Assembly: GCA_019635575.1 (NCBI GenBank)
Contig: JAHBZF010000002.1
Location: 13,144 to 77,143 of the forward strand
Length of the DNA stretch: 64,000 nucleotides
From: Pseudolabrys sp.
Lineage (GTDB): Bacteria > Pseudomonadota > Alphaproteobacteria > Rhizobiales > Xanthobacteraceae
Direction of reading: 5' to 3'
Both the position numbers and the translations under genes were made by a program. Below are positions 9,993-20,206 of this stretch, piece after piece; within the stretch, counting starts at the first letter, position 1; every line of letters starts with the position of its first letter. The notes under the pieces are model-generated. The model was not told the DNA's origin. It was given only the letters and a program-made list of their open reading frames with translations, and did not search any database.

Positions 9993-10964
9993 ATGAAGTT
10001 TCGTGGTCTGCTGGCGCTGGCCTTGTTGGCCTCCGCTACCGCCTTCGCAACGCCCGCATCGGCGCTCGACAAGGTCAAAATCCGCCTCGACTGGGTGTTC
10101 GGCGCCGAGCATTCGGGCATCTTCGTGGCCCAGCAGAAGGGCTTCTTCAAGGATGAAGGCATCGACGCCGAGGTCTTCCCCGGCGAAGGGTCCAGCGTCA
10201 CCGTGAAGCTGGTCGGCAACGGCGACGTCGAATTCGGCTACGCGACCGCCGACCAGGCGGTGCTCGCCGCGGATCGCGGTCTGCCGGTGGTCGCCACCGC
10301 CGTCATCCTGCAGCGCAGCCCGGTCGCGATCATCTATCCGAAGTCGACCGGCATCACCAAGCTGACCGATCTCTACGGCAAGCGCCTCGGCCTCCAGCTC
10401 AAGAGCGCGGTCGAGCGGCAATGGCGCGCGCTCGTCAAGATGCACAACATCGACACGACCAAGATCAACGAGGTTCCGGCCGACCTTGCGATCGGCAAGC
10501 TGATTATCGCCAAGCGGATCGACGCCGGCGTCGCGTTCTTCTTCAACGACGGCCTGCAGGCGAAAGCCGAAGGCATCGACATGGACTGGCTGCTGTTCAG
10601 CGACCTCGGCCTGCCGATGTACAGCTCCAGCCTCGTCACCAACGCCGAACTGATCAAGAAGAACCCGGATCTGGTGAAGCGATTCACCCGCGCCTTCGTG
10701 AAGGGTTGGGAATACGCCAAGGCGCATCCGGATGAAGCCTATGCGCTGACCATCAAGGCGCATCCGCAGCTCGACAACACCTACAACAAGCTCAAGCTTC
10801 CGGCAGTGCTGACGCTGCTCGACAGCCCCGACACCAAGGCGAACGGCCTCGGCTATTCGACCAAGCAGGGCTGGGACTCGATGATGGAGACCATGGTCAA
10901 GCTCGACCTGATCAAGAAGCCGCTCGACGCCGCGACGGTCTATCGCGCCGATCTGCTGAAATAA
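9993..10964 (+). CDS. NMT1/THI5-like ABC substrate-binding protein
   Basis: Signal peptide, RLDWVFGAEHSGIFVAQQKGFFKDEGID. GGAGG RBS. Confidence 0.9.
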   Translation: MKFRGLLALALLASATAFATPASALDKVKIRLDWVFGAEHSGIFVAQQKGFFKDEGIDAEVFPGEGSSVTVKLVGNGDVEFGYATADQAVLAADRGLPVVATAVILQRSPVAIIYPKSTGITKLTDLYGKRLGLQLKSAVERQWRALVKMHNIDTTKINEVPADLAIGKLIIAKRIDAGVAFFFNDGLQAKAEGIDMDWLLFSDLGLPMYSSSLVTNAELIKKNPDLVKRFTRAFVKGWEYAKAHPDEAYALTIKAHPQLDNTYNKLKLPAVLTLLDSPDTKANGLGYSTKQGWDSMMETMVKLDLIKKPLDAATVYRADLLK

Positions 10965-10972
10965 GACAGCGG

Positions 10973-11001
10973 GACGGGCTGCCGCGACCCGGCGGCCCGT
11001 C
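10973..11001 (+). other. GC-rich intergenic stem-loop without a U-tract (mRNA stabiliser or weak terminator)
   Basis: GACGGGCTGCCG-CGACC-CGGCGGCCCGTC immediately after the binding-protein stop. Confidence 0.5.
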
Positions 11002-11060
11002 ATCCCGACAACAACCGCCATCTTCGAGCAGGATGGCGATGCCGATCCTGCGAGGATGCG

Positions 11061-12062
11061 ATGACGTTCAAGCTGGGCGTGAGTTTCGACGGCTTCGGCC
11101 CGTTCGACGAGGCCAATCAGTTCGCCAAGCTCGCGGTCGAGGCCGGGGCCTCGAGCCTGTGGATGGCCGATCATCTCGGCTACCGCGAAGCGATCATCTC
11201 CTGTCTCGGCCTCGCGATGGCGGCGCCGACCGCGACCGTGGTGCCGACCGCGGTCAGCCCCTATCTGCGCCATCCAATGCCGACCGCGATGCAGATGGCG
11301 ACGCTGGCAGAGGCCGCGCCGGGCCGCGCCATCCTCGCGCTCGGCTCCGGCAATCCGCTGTTTCTCGCGGAATCCGGCGAGGCGATCGACAAGCCGCTGG
11401 TGGTGACGCGCGAATTCGTCGAGGCGCTCCGCGCCCTGTGGTCGATGGCGCCGGTCGAGATGCAGGCAAAGCGCTTCAAGCTCGACAAGGCGCGGATGAT
11501 GTTCAAGCCGTCGCAGCCGATCCCGATCTATCTCTCGCCGATGAAGGAGCAGATGCTGCGCCTCGGCGGCAAGATCGCCGATGGCGTCGTTCTCTCGGCG
11601 GGCCTGTCGCCCGCTTATGTCCGCCGCTCGCTGGAATTCGTCGCCGAAGGCGCGGCGCAGGCGAACCGTGACATGAGCGCCGTGCGCACCGCCGGCTACA
11701 TTTCCTTCATGGCGGCGGCGGATGGCCGCAAGGCCGTCGAAGCCGTGCGTCAGAAGCTTGCCTTTCTGTTCCGCAACAAGTTCATCTCCGACAATCTCGC
11801 TTATTCCGGCATCCCGATCGATCAGGAAGCGATCATCGCGGCGATGTCGAAACGCGATTACGCCGCCGCGGCGAAGCTGGTGCCCGACGACGCGGTCGAT
11901 GCGTTCGCGGTCGCCGGCACCGTGCGCCAATGCTGCGACAAGCTCAAAGCCTTCGCCGATGCCGGGTTGCAGGATCTGGTGCTGTTCATGGCTGGCGAAC
12001 CGGAAGACCACCGGTTCGGCCTGTCGGTGATCCGGGAAATGGCCACGGGCCCGGCGCGATAG
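11061..12062 (+). CDS. LLM (luciferase-like) flavin-dependent oxidoreductase, Mer-like
   Basis: SLWMADH, SPYLRHP, GRAILALGSG, IPIY, LGGKIADGV. Confidence 0.9.
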   Translation: MTFKLGVSFDGFGPFDEANQFAKLAVEAGASSLWMADHLGYREAIISCLGLAMAAPTATVVPTAVSPYLRHPMPTAMQMATLAEAAPGRAILALGSGNPLFLAESGEAIDKPLVVTREFVEALRALWSMAPVEMQAKRFKLDKARMMFKPSQPIPIYLSPMKEQMLRLGGKIADGVVLSAGLSPAYVRRSLEFVAEGAAQANRDMSAVRTAGYISFMAAADGRKAVEAVRQKLAFLFRNKFISDNLAYSGIPIDQEAIIAAMSKRDYAAAAKLVPDDAVDAFAVAGTVRQCCDKLKAFADAGLQDLVLFMAGEPEDHRFGLSVIREMATGPAR

Positions 12063-12084
12063 CCGGCACAGTTTGCGGGGAACG

Positions 12085-12393
12085 ATGATCGTCGAAGTCA
12101 CCAACTACTTCGCCAAGGAGGGCCAGGCGAGCGCCGTTCTCGAACAGCGGCGCGCGGCCACGCGCCTGCGGCAGCGGCTCGGCCTCAAGCCGGGCCAGAT
12201 TCTCGTCAAACGCGACGGCAAAGGCCCCGACGTGCGCTGGGAATGCGCCTTCGCGTCGGACGACGAATTCAAGGCGGACATGGCCGCGCGCGGCGCATGC
12301 GAGGAATTCGAACAGGCGCGCAAGACCATGCACACCCTTCTCGAACGTTTCGAGCGCCACGTTTATGTGCGCGACGAGCAGGCCAGCCCGTGA
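12085..12393 (+). CDS. Small hypothetical protein, possible NIPSNAP/ABM dimeric alpha-beta barrel
   Basis: 102 aa within the operon. MIVEVTNYFAKEG start and W-x-C-x-F pattern resemble NIPSNAP-like barrels. Confidence 0.6.
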   Translation: MIVEVTNYFAKEGQASAVLEQRRAATRLRQRLGLKPGQILVKRDGKGPDVRWECAFASDDEFKADMAARGACEEFEQARKTMHTLLERFERHVYVRDEQASP

Positions 12394-12438
12394 CGTTCTC
12401 TTCCGGTCATAACGTCGTGACGCCATGACGAAGACATC

Positions 12439-14787
12439 ATGACGACGACGGCACGCCGCAACACGTTCATCGGCCAGCCGCTGCCGCGCGTCGAGGATCA
12501 TCGGCTCGTTACTGGACGTGGACAGTTCGTCGCCGATCTCCAGCCGGACGGACTGATCCATGCCGCGATCCTGCGCAGCCCCGCTGCGCACGGGCGGATC
12601 GTGGCGATCGATACCGCCGCGGCGCTGGATAGTCCCGGCGTGCACGGCATCATCACCGCGCGCGACATCGGCCAGGTCCTCGGCCAGACGATTCCGGACA
12701 TTCCGGTACGCATGGCGCCGATCGACGGACAGGAGCGTTTTCAGCAGCCGGTGATCGCCGCGGACAAGGTGCGCTATGTCGGCGAGCCGATCGCCATCGT
12801 GCTCGCGGACGACCGCGCGCTCGCGGAAGACGCACTCGATCTGATCGATGTGGAGATCGAGCCGCTCGCGCCGGTCCCCTCGCCCATGGACGCGCCCGCG
12901 CTGCTGTTCGAGCAGCATGGCACCAATATCTGCGTCTCCTACGAGGCCGGCATCGGCGATGTGGCAACAGCCTTCGCGCAAGCCGACTACACCCGCGCCG
13001 AAACCTTCAAGGTGCATCGTCACACGGCCTCGCCGATGGAGGCGCGCGGCCTCGTCGCCGCGTGGGATGCGGGGACGGAAAAGCTCACGGTGTGGGGCGC
13101 GGCCAAGGTTCCCTATTTCAACCGGCGCACCGTCGCGGCGATGCTGCAACTGCCGGAAGCCGCGGTCGAACTGATCGAGCTCGATGTCGGCGGCGGCTTC
13201 GGCGTGCGCGGCGAATTCTATCCCGAGGACTTCCTCATTCCGTTCGCCGCGCGCTGGTGCGGGCGGCCGGTGAAATGGATCGAGGATCGCCGCGAGCATC
13301 TGATGGCGACCAACCATTCCCGCGACGTGTCGTGCCGGCTGGAGATCGCCTGTCAGCGCGATGGGACCATTGTCGGGCTGCGCGGCGCGCTGATGGCGGA
13401 TATGGGCGCCTATATCCGCACCACCGGCGGCGTCATCCCCTCGCGCGCGGGGCAGTTCCTGCCCGGCCCGTACCGGATTCCGAATGTCGCGATCACGGTC
13501 GAGGCGGCACTGACCACCAAGACGCCGTCCGGCAGCTTTCGCGGTCCGGGCCGGTTCGAGGCGAATTTCTTTCGCGAGCGGCTGTTCGACATCGCCGCGC
13601 GCGAGCTCGGCATTGATCCGATCGCCTTCCGCCACCGCAATCTCATCACCGCCGCGGAGATGCCCTACGACTACGGGCGGTTGGTGCCTTACGACACGCC
13701 GGTGGTTTACGATTCCGGCGACTATCATCTCACGTTCGACCGCTGTCTCGCCGAGATCGGCTGGCGCGACAAGGCTCACCTGCAAGGCCAATTGATCGAC
13801 GGGCGCTATCACGGCCTTGGCGTCGCCTGCTTCGTCGAAAGCGGCGGCTCCGGCAAGGAGAATGCGCGCATCAGTCTTGTTCGCGATCTTGCAGGCGACG
13901 GCATGGTGACGGTCGCGATCGGCTCATCGGGGCTCGGACAGGGCATCGAAACCGCGTTCACGCAGATCGCCGCCGACGCGCTCGGCCTGCCGGTCGAGCG
14001 CATCCGTGTCGAGCACGGCTCTACATCGCGGCTCGAGCAAGGCTTCGGCTCGTTTCATGGCCGCTCGATGGTGATGGGCGGACCCGCCGTGTTCGACGCC
14101 GCCGAGAAGCTGTTGCAAAAGTTGCGCGCGGCCGGCGCGGCGCGTTTCGGCTGCCGCCCCGAGGAGATCACGCTCGCCGAAGGCAAGGTGACGGCGCCCG
14201 ACGGCCGCAGCGCCGGTTTCTGGGATTTCACCTCCGACGATCAGCCACTCTCCGCCGACGGCAGCTACGCCACGCCCGAACGGGTCTACAGCTACGGCAG
14301 CCAGGCCGCCCATGTGACGGTCGACGCGGCGACCGGCAAGGTCGAGGTGCTGGACTACGTGACCGTCGAGGACGTCGGCCGGATGATCAATCCGATGATT
14401 GTCGACGGGCAAAAAGTCGGCGCGGTGGTCCAGGGGCTCGGCGGCACCCTGCTCGAAGATCTGTCCTATGACGACGAGGCCCAGCTCCTCACCGTCTCGC
14501 TCGCGGACTATCTGCTGCCGACCGCGTCCGACTTTCCGGAGGTCCGCGCCGTCTCGCTGGAACACAGCCCCTCGCCGCACAATCCCCTTGGCGTGAAAGG
14601 TGCAGGTGAGGACGGCATCATTTCGGTGGGCGCGGTGATCGCCAACGCGGTCGCGGCGGCGCTGGCTTCCCTCGGATGCCAGCCCAACGCGTTGCCGCTG
14701 TCGCCGGGCCGAATCGCCGGGCTGATGCGCGAGGCCCAAGCCAGCGGGGATGCCGGGGCGGCGGACCGCGCCGCCCCTTGCGAATGA
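12439..14787 (+). CDS. Xanthine dehydrogenase family molybdopterin-binding (large) subunit #1, stand-alone
   Basis: RVEDHRLVTGRGQFVAD, DVGGGFG, FRGPGRFEA, GQGIET, NPLGVKGAGE. Confidence 0.93.
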   Translation: MTTTARRNTFIGQPLPRVEDHRLVTGRGQFVADLQPDGLIHAAILRSPAAHGRIVAIDTAAALDSPGVHGIITARDIGQVLGQTIPDIPVRMAPIDGQERFQQPVIAADKVRYVGEPIAIVLADDRALAEDALDLIDVEIEPLAPVPSPMDAPALLFEQHGTNICVSYEAGIGDVATAFAQADYTRAETFKVHRHTASPMEARGLVAAWDAGTEKLTVWGAAKVPYFNRRTVAAMLQLPEAAVELIELDVGGGFGVRGEFYPEDFLIPFAARWCGRPVKWIEDRREHLMATNHSRDVSCRLEIACQRDGTIVGLRGALMADMGAYIRTTGGVIPSRAGQFLPGPYRIPNVAITVEAALTTKTPSGSFRGPGRFEANFFRERLFDIAARELGIDPIAFRHRNLITAAEMPYDYGRLVPYDTPVVYDSGDYHLTFDRCLAEIGWRDKAHLQGQLIDGRYHGLGVACFVESGGSGKENARISLVRDLAGDGMVTVAIGSSGLGQGIETAFTQIAADALGLPVERIRVEHGSTSRLEQGFGSFHGRSMVMGGPAVFDAAEKLLQKLRAAGAARFGCRPEEITLAEGKVTAPDGRSAGFWDFTSDDQPLSADGSYATPERVYSYGSQAAHVTVDAATGKVEVLDYVTVEDVGRMINPMIVDGQKVGAVVQGLGGTLLEDLSYDDEAQLLTVSLADYLLPTASDFPEVRAVSLEHSPSPHNPLGVKGAGEDGIISVGAVIANAVAAALASLGCQPNALPLSPGRIAGLMREAQASGDAGAADRAAPCE

Positions 14788-14807
14788 TCACATAATGTGA
14801 TCACAAT
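14778..14807 (+). promoter_or_regulatory. Internal promoter with tandem operator (site 2)
   Basis: TTGCGA at 14778-14783, AATGATCACA at 14783-14792, TGTGATCACA at 14796-14805, CACAAT at 14802-14807. Confidence 0.7.
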
Positions 14808-14839
14808 ATCGGCCGACAACGGCCCGTGGGAGACGGATT

Positions 14840-16000
14840 TTGGCCTCGATCAAGTCCATTGAAACGCTTCTGGTTCAGCTCCCGACGCGGCGCGAACACA
14901 AATGGACCGGCCTCACCGAGCCGATCGGCCGCTATGTGCTGGTGCGCATGACCGACGACCAGGGCCGGGTCGGCTGGGGCGAAGCGCCGGCACTCAAGGA
15001 CTGGGGCGGCGAATTCGGCCGCTATTTCGGCGAATCCCAGCTCATCGCCCGCACCGTCATCGACAGCTACCTCGCGCCGCTGCTCAAGGGCCTGGAACTC
15101 GGCAACCCGGTCGAACTGCATGCGCGCATGGACGCGCTGATCAAGGGCTATCCCTACACCAAGGCCGCGGTGGAATTCGCCTATTACGATTTGTCGGCCC
15201 GCGCGCTCGGCGTGCCGGTGACCACGCTGCTCGGCGGGCGCGTGCGCAAGCGCGTGCCGGTGACGCATTCGATCGGCCTCATTCCGGTGGCCGACGCCGA
15301 GACCGAAGCCGGCAAGGTCGCCGCCGAGGGCATCAAGACCATCAAGATCAAGATCGGCGTCGACCCCAAGCGCGACGTCGAGATCGTGCGCGTGGTGCGC
15401 GGCGCGGTCGGCGATGACGTCGAGCTCTGCGTCGATGCCAACGAAGGCTACAAGACGCCCGGCGAAGCCGTCACCATCGTCCGGCAGATGGAGAAGTATC
15501 GCCTCAAATATGTCGAGCAGCCGGTGATGGGGATCGAGCGCATCGCCGAGGTGGCGCGCCGCATCGACAACCCGGTGATGGCCGACGAATCCGCCTGGAA
15601 CGCGCATGACGCGATGCAGATCATCGAACAGCGCGCCGCGCAGATCGTCTCGATCTACACCACCAAGCCGGGCGGCCTCTATAAGGCGATGGAGGTCGGC
15701 GCGGTCTGCCGCGCCGCCGGCATCATCTGCAACGTCAACGGCTCGATCGAGACCGGCGTCGGCAATCTCGCCAACGTCCACCTTGCCGCCGCGTCGCCGG
15801 CTGTGACGCTGTCCTGCGTGATCCCGATCTCGACCCCGGCCGAATTCCTGACCGGCCAGATCGGCGGCATCTATTACAAGGACGATCTGATCAAGGAGCC
15901 GATGAAGGTGGTCGACGGCGCCATCGAGGTGCCGGACAAGCCCGGCATGGGCATCGACGTCGACGAGAAGAAGATCGAGAAATATCGCGTCCGGGATTAA
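14840..16000 (+). CDS. Enolase superfamily protein, muconate cycloisomerase/racemase (MLE) subgroup
   Basis: GWGEA, KAAVEFAYYDL, KIKIG, DANEG, EQP, ADES. TTG start after GGGAGA. Confidence 0.9.
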   Translation: MASIKSIETLLVQLPTRREHKWTGLTEPIGRYVLVRMTDDQGRVGWGEAPALKDWGGEFGRYFGESQLIARTVIDSYLAPLLKGLELGNPVELHARMDALIKGYPYTKAAVEFAYYDLSARALGVPVTTLLGGRVRKRVPVTHSIGLIPVADAETEAGKVAAEGIKTIKIKIGVDPKRDVEIVRVVRGAVGDDVELCVDANEGYKTPGEAVTIVRQMEKYRLKYVEQPVMGIERIAEVARRIDNPVMADESAWNAHDAMQIIEQRAAQIVSIYTTKPGGLYKAMEVGAVCRAAGIICNVNGSIETGVGNLANVHLAAASPAVTLSCVIPISTPAEFLTGQIGGIYYKDDLIKEPMKVVDGAIEVPDKPGMGIDVDEKKIEKYRVRD

Positions 16001-16075
16001 CCGCAGGCCGACATTCCGGGGCCTGCGCCCCGAATACACCTGCCGCACAAAAAGACTGCATCAAGAGGCTGCACC

Positions 16076-17212
16076 ATGAGAGCGGAAATCATCGCGCGTC
16101 AGGCGCAGGCCATGAAAGCGAATGGCCTCGATGCCATCGTGTCATGCGCCCCCGAAAGTTTTGCCTACGCCACCGGCTTTGTCGTGCCGACACAACCCTT
16201 GATCCGGCACCGCCACGCCATGGTCATCGCCACAGCGTCCGGCGATACGCAGATTTTCGGCGTCGACATGGAAGCGACCACCATCAAGCGGCGCGAGCCG
16301 GATGTGCCGGTGCGCATCTGGGCTGAATTCAGCGACGACCCGATGCTGGTGCTGGCGGATCAGCTCACCTCGATGGGCCTGGCGAAAGCCCGTATCGGCA
16401 TGGAGATGGACTATCTGCCGGCCGGCGACTTCGCACGGCTCGTCAAGGCGCTGCCGAACGCGCAGTTCACGCCGTGCGAGGATATCCTCGCCCGTCTGCG
16501 CCAGATCAAGACCGCCGACGAAATCGCGCTGCTGCGCAAGCTCTCCCGCATCGCCGATCAGGCGATCACCGACAGCCTTGCCGCCGTCCGTGTCGGCTCC
16601 AGCGAGATGGATATCGCCGGCGAACTGACGCGGCGCATCTACGAACTCGGCGCCGAGCACTTCAAGCTGTTGATCGTCGCCACCGGCGAGCGCAGCCAGC
16701 TCCCCAATGTCGGCCCCTCCGCGCGCCGCCTGCAGACCGGCGACGTCTGCCGCGTCGAAATCTTCTCGGTGATCGGCGGCTATCAGGCCGGCGTCTGCCG
16801 TACCGCCGTCGTCCAGAAGCCGCCGGAGATGGCGGAAAAGATCTGGCAACATCTGGTCGATTGCAAATACCAGATCATGGAGATGGTGAAGCCCGGCGCG
16901 AGCTGCCGCGCCATCTACGAGGCGTTCATCGCCAAGCTGTCGGAGATGAATCTCCCGCCGATCTCGTTCGTCGGCCACGGCATCGGCCTGCACCTCCACG
17001 AGAACCCGTATCTCGGCAAGACGCCGATCCTCGGCCAGCCCGGCAAGGACGCCGTGGTCGAGGAAGGCATGGTGCTCGGCTTCGAGCCGCTCTGCTACCA
17101 GACCGGCTACGGCTACGGCATGCAGAACAAGGACATGCTGCTGGTCACCAAGTCGGGATCGGAATTGATTTCCGACTATGCGAACACCGACAAGCTTCTC
17201 GTCGTGAACTAG
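16076..17212 (+). CDS. M24 (Xaa-Pro peptidase/creatinase) family hydrolase
   Basis: Creatinase-like N-domain, RQIKTADEIALLR, GHGIGLHLHE, GMVLGFEP. Confidence 0.9.
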   Translation: MRAEIIARQAQAMKANGLDAIVSCAPESFAYATGFVVPTQPLIRHRHAMVIATASGDTQIFGVDMEATTIKRREPDVPVRIWAEFSDDPMLVLADQLTSMGLAKARIGMEMDYLPAGDFARLVKALPNAQFTPCEDILARLRQIKTADEIALLRKLSRIADQAITDSLAAVRVGSSEMDIAGELTRRIYELGAEHFKLLIVATGERSQLPNVGPSARRLQTGDVCRVEIFSVIGGYQAGVCRTAVVQKPPEMAEKIWQHLVDCKYQIMEMVKPGASCRAIYEAFIAKLSEMNLPPISFVGHGIGLHLHENPYLGKTPILGQPGKDAVVEEGMVLGFEPLCYQTGYGYGMQNKDMLLVTKSGSELISDYANTDKLLVVN

Positions 17213-17250
17213 ACCCGACGCGCGGCGATCAAGTTTCAGGAGAGAGTACG

Positions 17251-18690
17251 ATGCGCAGGCTGATTGAACATCTCGATGTCGCCTTTACCGTCGACAAGAA
17301 CGACACCATCCTGCGCGACGCGAGCGTGGTGATCGAGAACGACCGGATCGCCGACATCGGCCCGGCCGCCGACATCGCCAAGCGCCACAAGGGCTCCAAG
17401 TTCGACGAGACCATCGACGGCCGCATGAAGGCGATCTGCCCCGGCTTCGTCGACAGCCACGTCCATCTCTCGGAAACCCTGTCGCGGGCGGTGTTCCCCG
17501 ACAACCTGAACACCCGCGCCTGGGTGTTTCACTGGGCCAAGCCGTTCTACGCGCATGTCACCGAAGAGGATGAGTACTGGGGCGCGATGCTCGGCATGAC
17601 CGAGATGCTGCGCGGCGGCACCACCTGCTTCCTCGACATGGGCTCGCAATACGATCCCGGCATCGTCGTGCGCGCGATGGAAAAGACCGGCATGCGCGGC
17701 ATCACCGGCCGCCACGCGGCGGACAACCCGCCGGCGGAGCGTCCGCGCGGCTGGACCGACGAGATGATGCACCATCATTTCTTCCCGAACGCCGCCGCGG
17801 CGCTGGAAGAACTGGAAAAATGCGTGCGCAAATATAACGGTGCGCTCGGCGGACGCGCCCGCTGCTGGGTCAATATCGAAGGCAAGGAGCCCTGCACGCT
17901 CGAACTGCATGTGGGCGCGGTGAAGCTCGCGCAGAAGCTCGGCGTCGGCACGACTTACCACCTCGCCACCTCGATCGAGGAAGCCAAGGTGTGCGAAGGC
18001 AAATACGGCATGTGGCCGGTGACGCGCATCGACAAGGCCGATGGCCTCGGCAACAACCTCGTCATCGCCCACTGCGCTGCGGTGACAGACGAGGAGGTTC
18101 AACTGCTGGCGAAGCGCGGCACCAAGGTCGCATTCTGCCCGTGCTCGTCGTTCAAGCTCGGCAAGGGTGCGACCTCGATCGGCAAATATCCGGAAATGGT
18201 GCGCGCCGGCGTGCCGGTCGGCCTCGGCACCGACGGCGTCGCCGCCGCAGGCAACATGAACCTGATGCGGCAGATCCTGGTGGTCGCCGGCATGTTCAAG
18301 GACGCGCGGCTGAAGCCCGATATCTTCCTCGCCCGCGACGCGCTGCGCGCCGCCACCATCAACGGCGCCAAGGCGCTGATGTGGGACGACGAGATCGGCT
18401 CGCTCGAAGTCGGCAAGAAGGCCGACTTCATCCTGTTCGACCTCGATCACGTCGAGTGGACGCCGTTCTACGATCCGCTGCAGGCGCTTGTATTCTCGGC
18501 CTCCTCGTCGTCGGTCGCGGAAACCTGGGTCGACGGCAAGCCGTGCTATCAGAACGGCAAGGTGATCGGCGTCGACGAGCCGGCGCTGCGGCGCAAGGCG
18601 CGCGAGCTGGCGGCAGATGCGGTGCGGCGCGCCGGTCTGCACGAGGAAGGCGTTCCGACCAGCACGACGCTTTACGACGGCGGCAACTAA
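17251..18690 (+). CDS. Metal-dependent amidohydrolase (AtzA/TrzA/MTA-SAH deaminase-like)
   Basis: PGFVDSHVH, GGTTCFLD, IAHC, GLGTDG, ATINGAKAL, GSLEVGKKAD. AGGAGA RBS. Confidence 0.92.
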   Translation: MRRLIEHLDVAFTVDKNDTILRDASVVIENDRIADIGPAADIAKRHKGSKFDETIDGRMKAICPGFVDSHVHLSETLSRAVFPDNLNTRAWVFHWAKPFYAHVTEEDEYWGAMLGMTEMLRGGTTCFLDMGSQYDPGIVVRAMEKTGMRGITGRHAADNPPAERPRGWTDEMMHHHFFPNAAAALEELEKCVRKYNGALGGRARCWVNIEGKEPCTLELHVGAVKLAQKLGVGTTYHLATSIEEAKVCEGKYGMWPVTRIDKADGLGNNLVIAHCAAVTDEEVQLLAKRGTKVAFCPCSSFKLGKGATSIGKYPEMVRAGVPVGLGTDGVAAAGNMNLMRQILVVAGMFKDARLKPDIFLARDALRAATINGAKALMWDDEIGSLEVGKKADFILFDLDHVEWTPFYDPLQALVFSASSSSVAETWVDGKPCYQNGKVIGVDEPALRRKARELAADAVRRAGLHEEGVPTSTTLYDGGN

Positions 18691-18697
18691 GCCGCCG

Positions 18698-19696
<999 letters not shown>

Positions 19697-19699
19697 CCG

Positions 19700-20167
19700 T
19701 CAGGCGACCTCGAAGATCGCGTCCACTTCCACGGGAACGTTGCGCGGCAGCGATCCGCAGCCCACCGCGGCGCGCGCGTGACGCCCGGCATCGCCGAACA
19801 CCTCGACCATCAGGTCGGACGCGCCGTTGATCACCTGCGGCTGCTGGCCGTAGCCCGGCACGGCATTGACGAAGCCGCCGAGCCGGACGCAGCTCACGAC
19901 CTTGTCGAGATCGCCGCCAACCGCTGCCTTGAGCTGCGCAAGGATATTGACCGCGCACAGACGCGCCGCCTTTTGCGCATCCTCCAGCGAGATTTCCTTG
20001 CCGACCTGACCGGTGAACTGGTCCTTGCCGTTGGCGTTCGGCACCTGTCCGGCGATGAAGACCAGCGAGCCGGCGCGCTTGAACGGCACATAGTTCGCCG
20101 CCGGCGTCGATGGCGTTGGCAGATCGATGTTCAATTCCTTCAAACGTGCGTCAATGCGGCCGCTCAT
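19700..20167 (-). CDS. RidA/YjgF/YER057c family protein
   Basis: PAANYVP, FIAGQVP, INGASDL..EVFGDAGRHARAAVG..SLP.NVPVEVD. Confidence 0.93.
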   Translation of the reverse strand: MSGRIDARLKELNIDLPTPSTPAANYVPFKRAGSLVFIAGQVPNANGKDQFTGQVGKEISLEDAQKAARLCAVNILAQLKAAVGGDLDKVVSCVRLGGFVNAVPGYGQQPQVINGASDLMVEVFGDAGRHARAAVGCGSLPRNVPVEVDAIFEVA

Positions 20168-20206
20168 CGTGCTCTCCCGGTTATGCCATGATCGACAGTG
20201 TGGAAA

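Noticed and set aside
9948-13812. Long antisense ORFs (e.g. 9948-12104, 11986-13812; also 29194-31548, 25554-27338, 60129-62336)
   Set aside because: These are shadow frames of well-supported genes in high-GC DNA and have no recognisable motifs.
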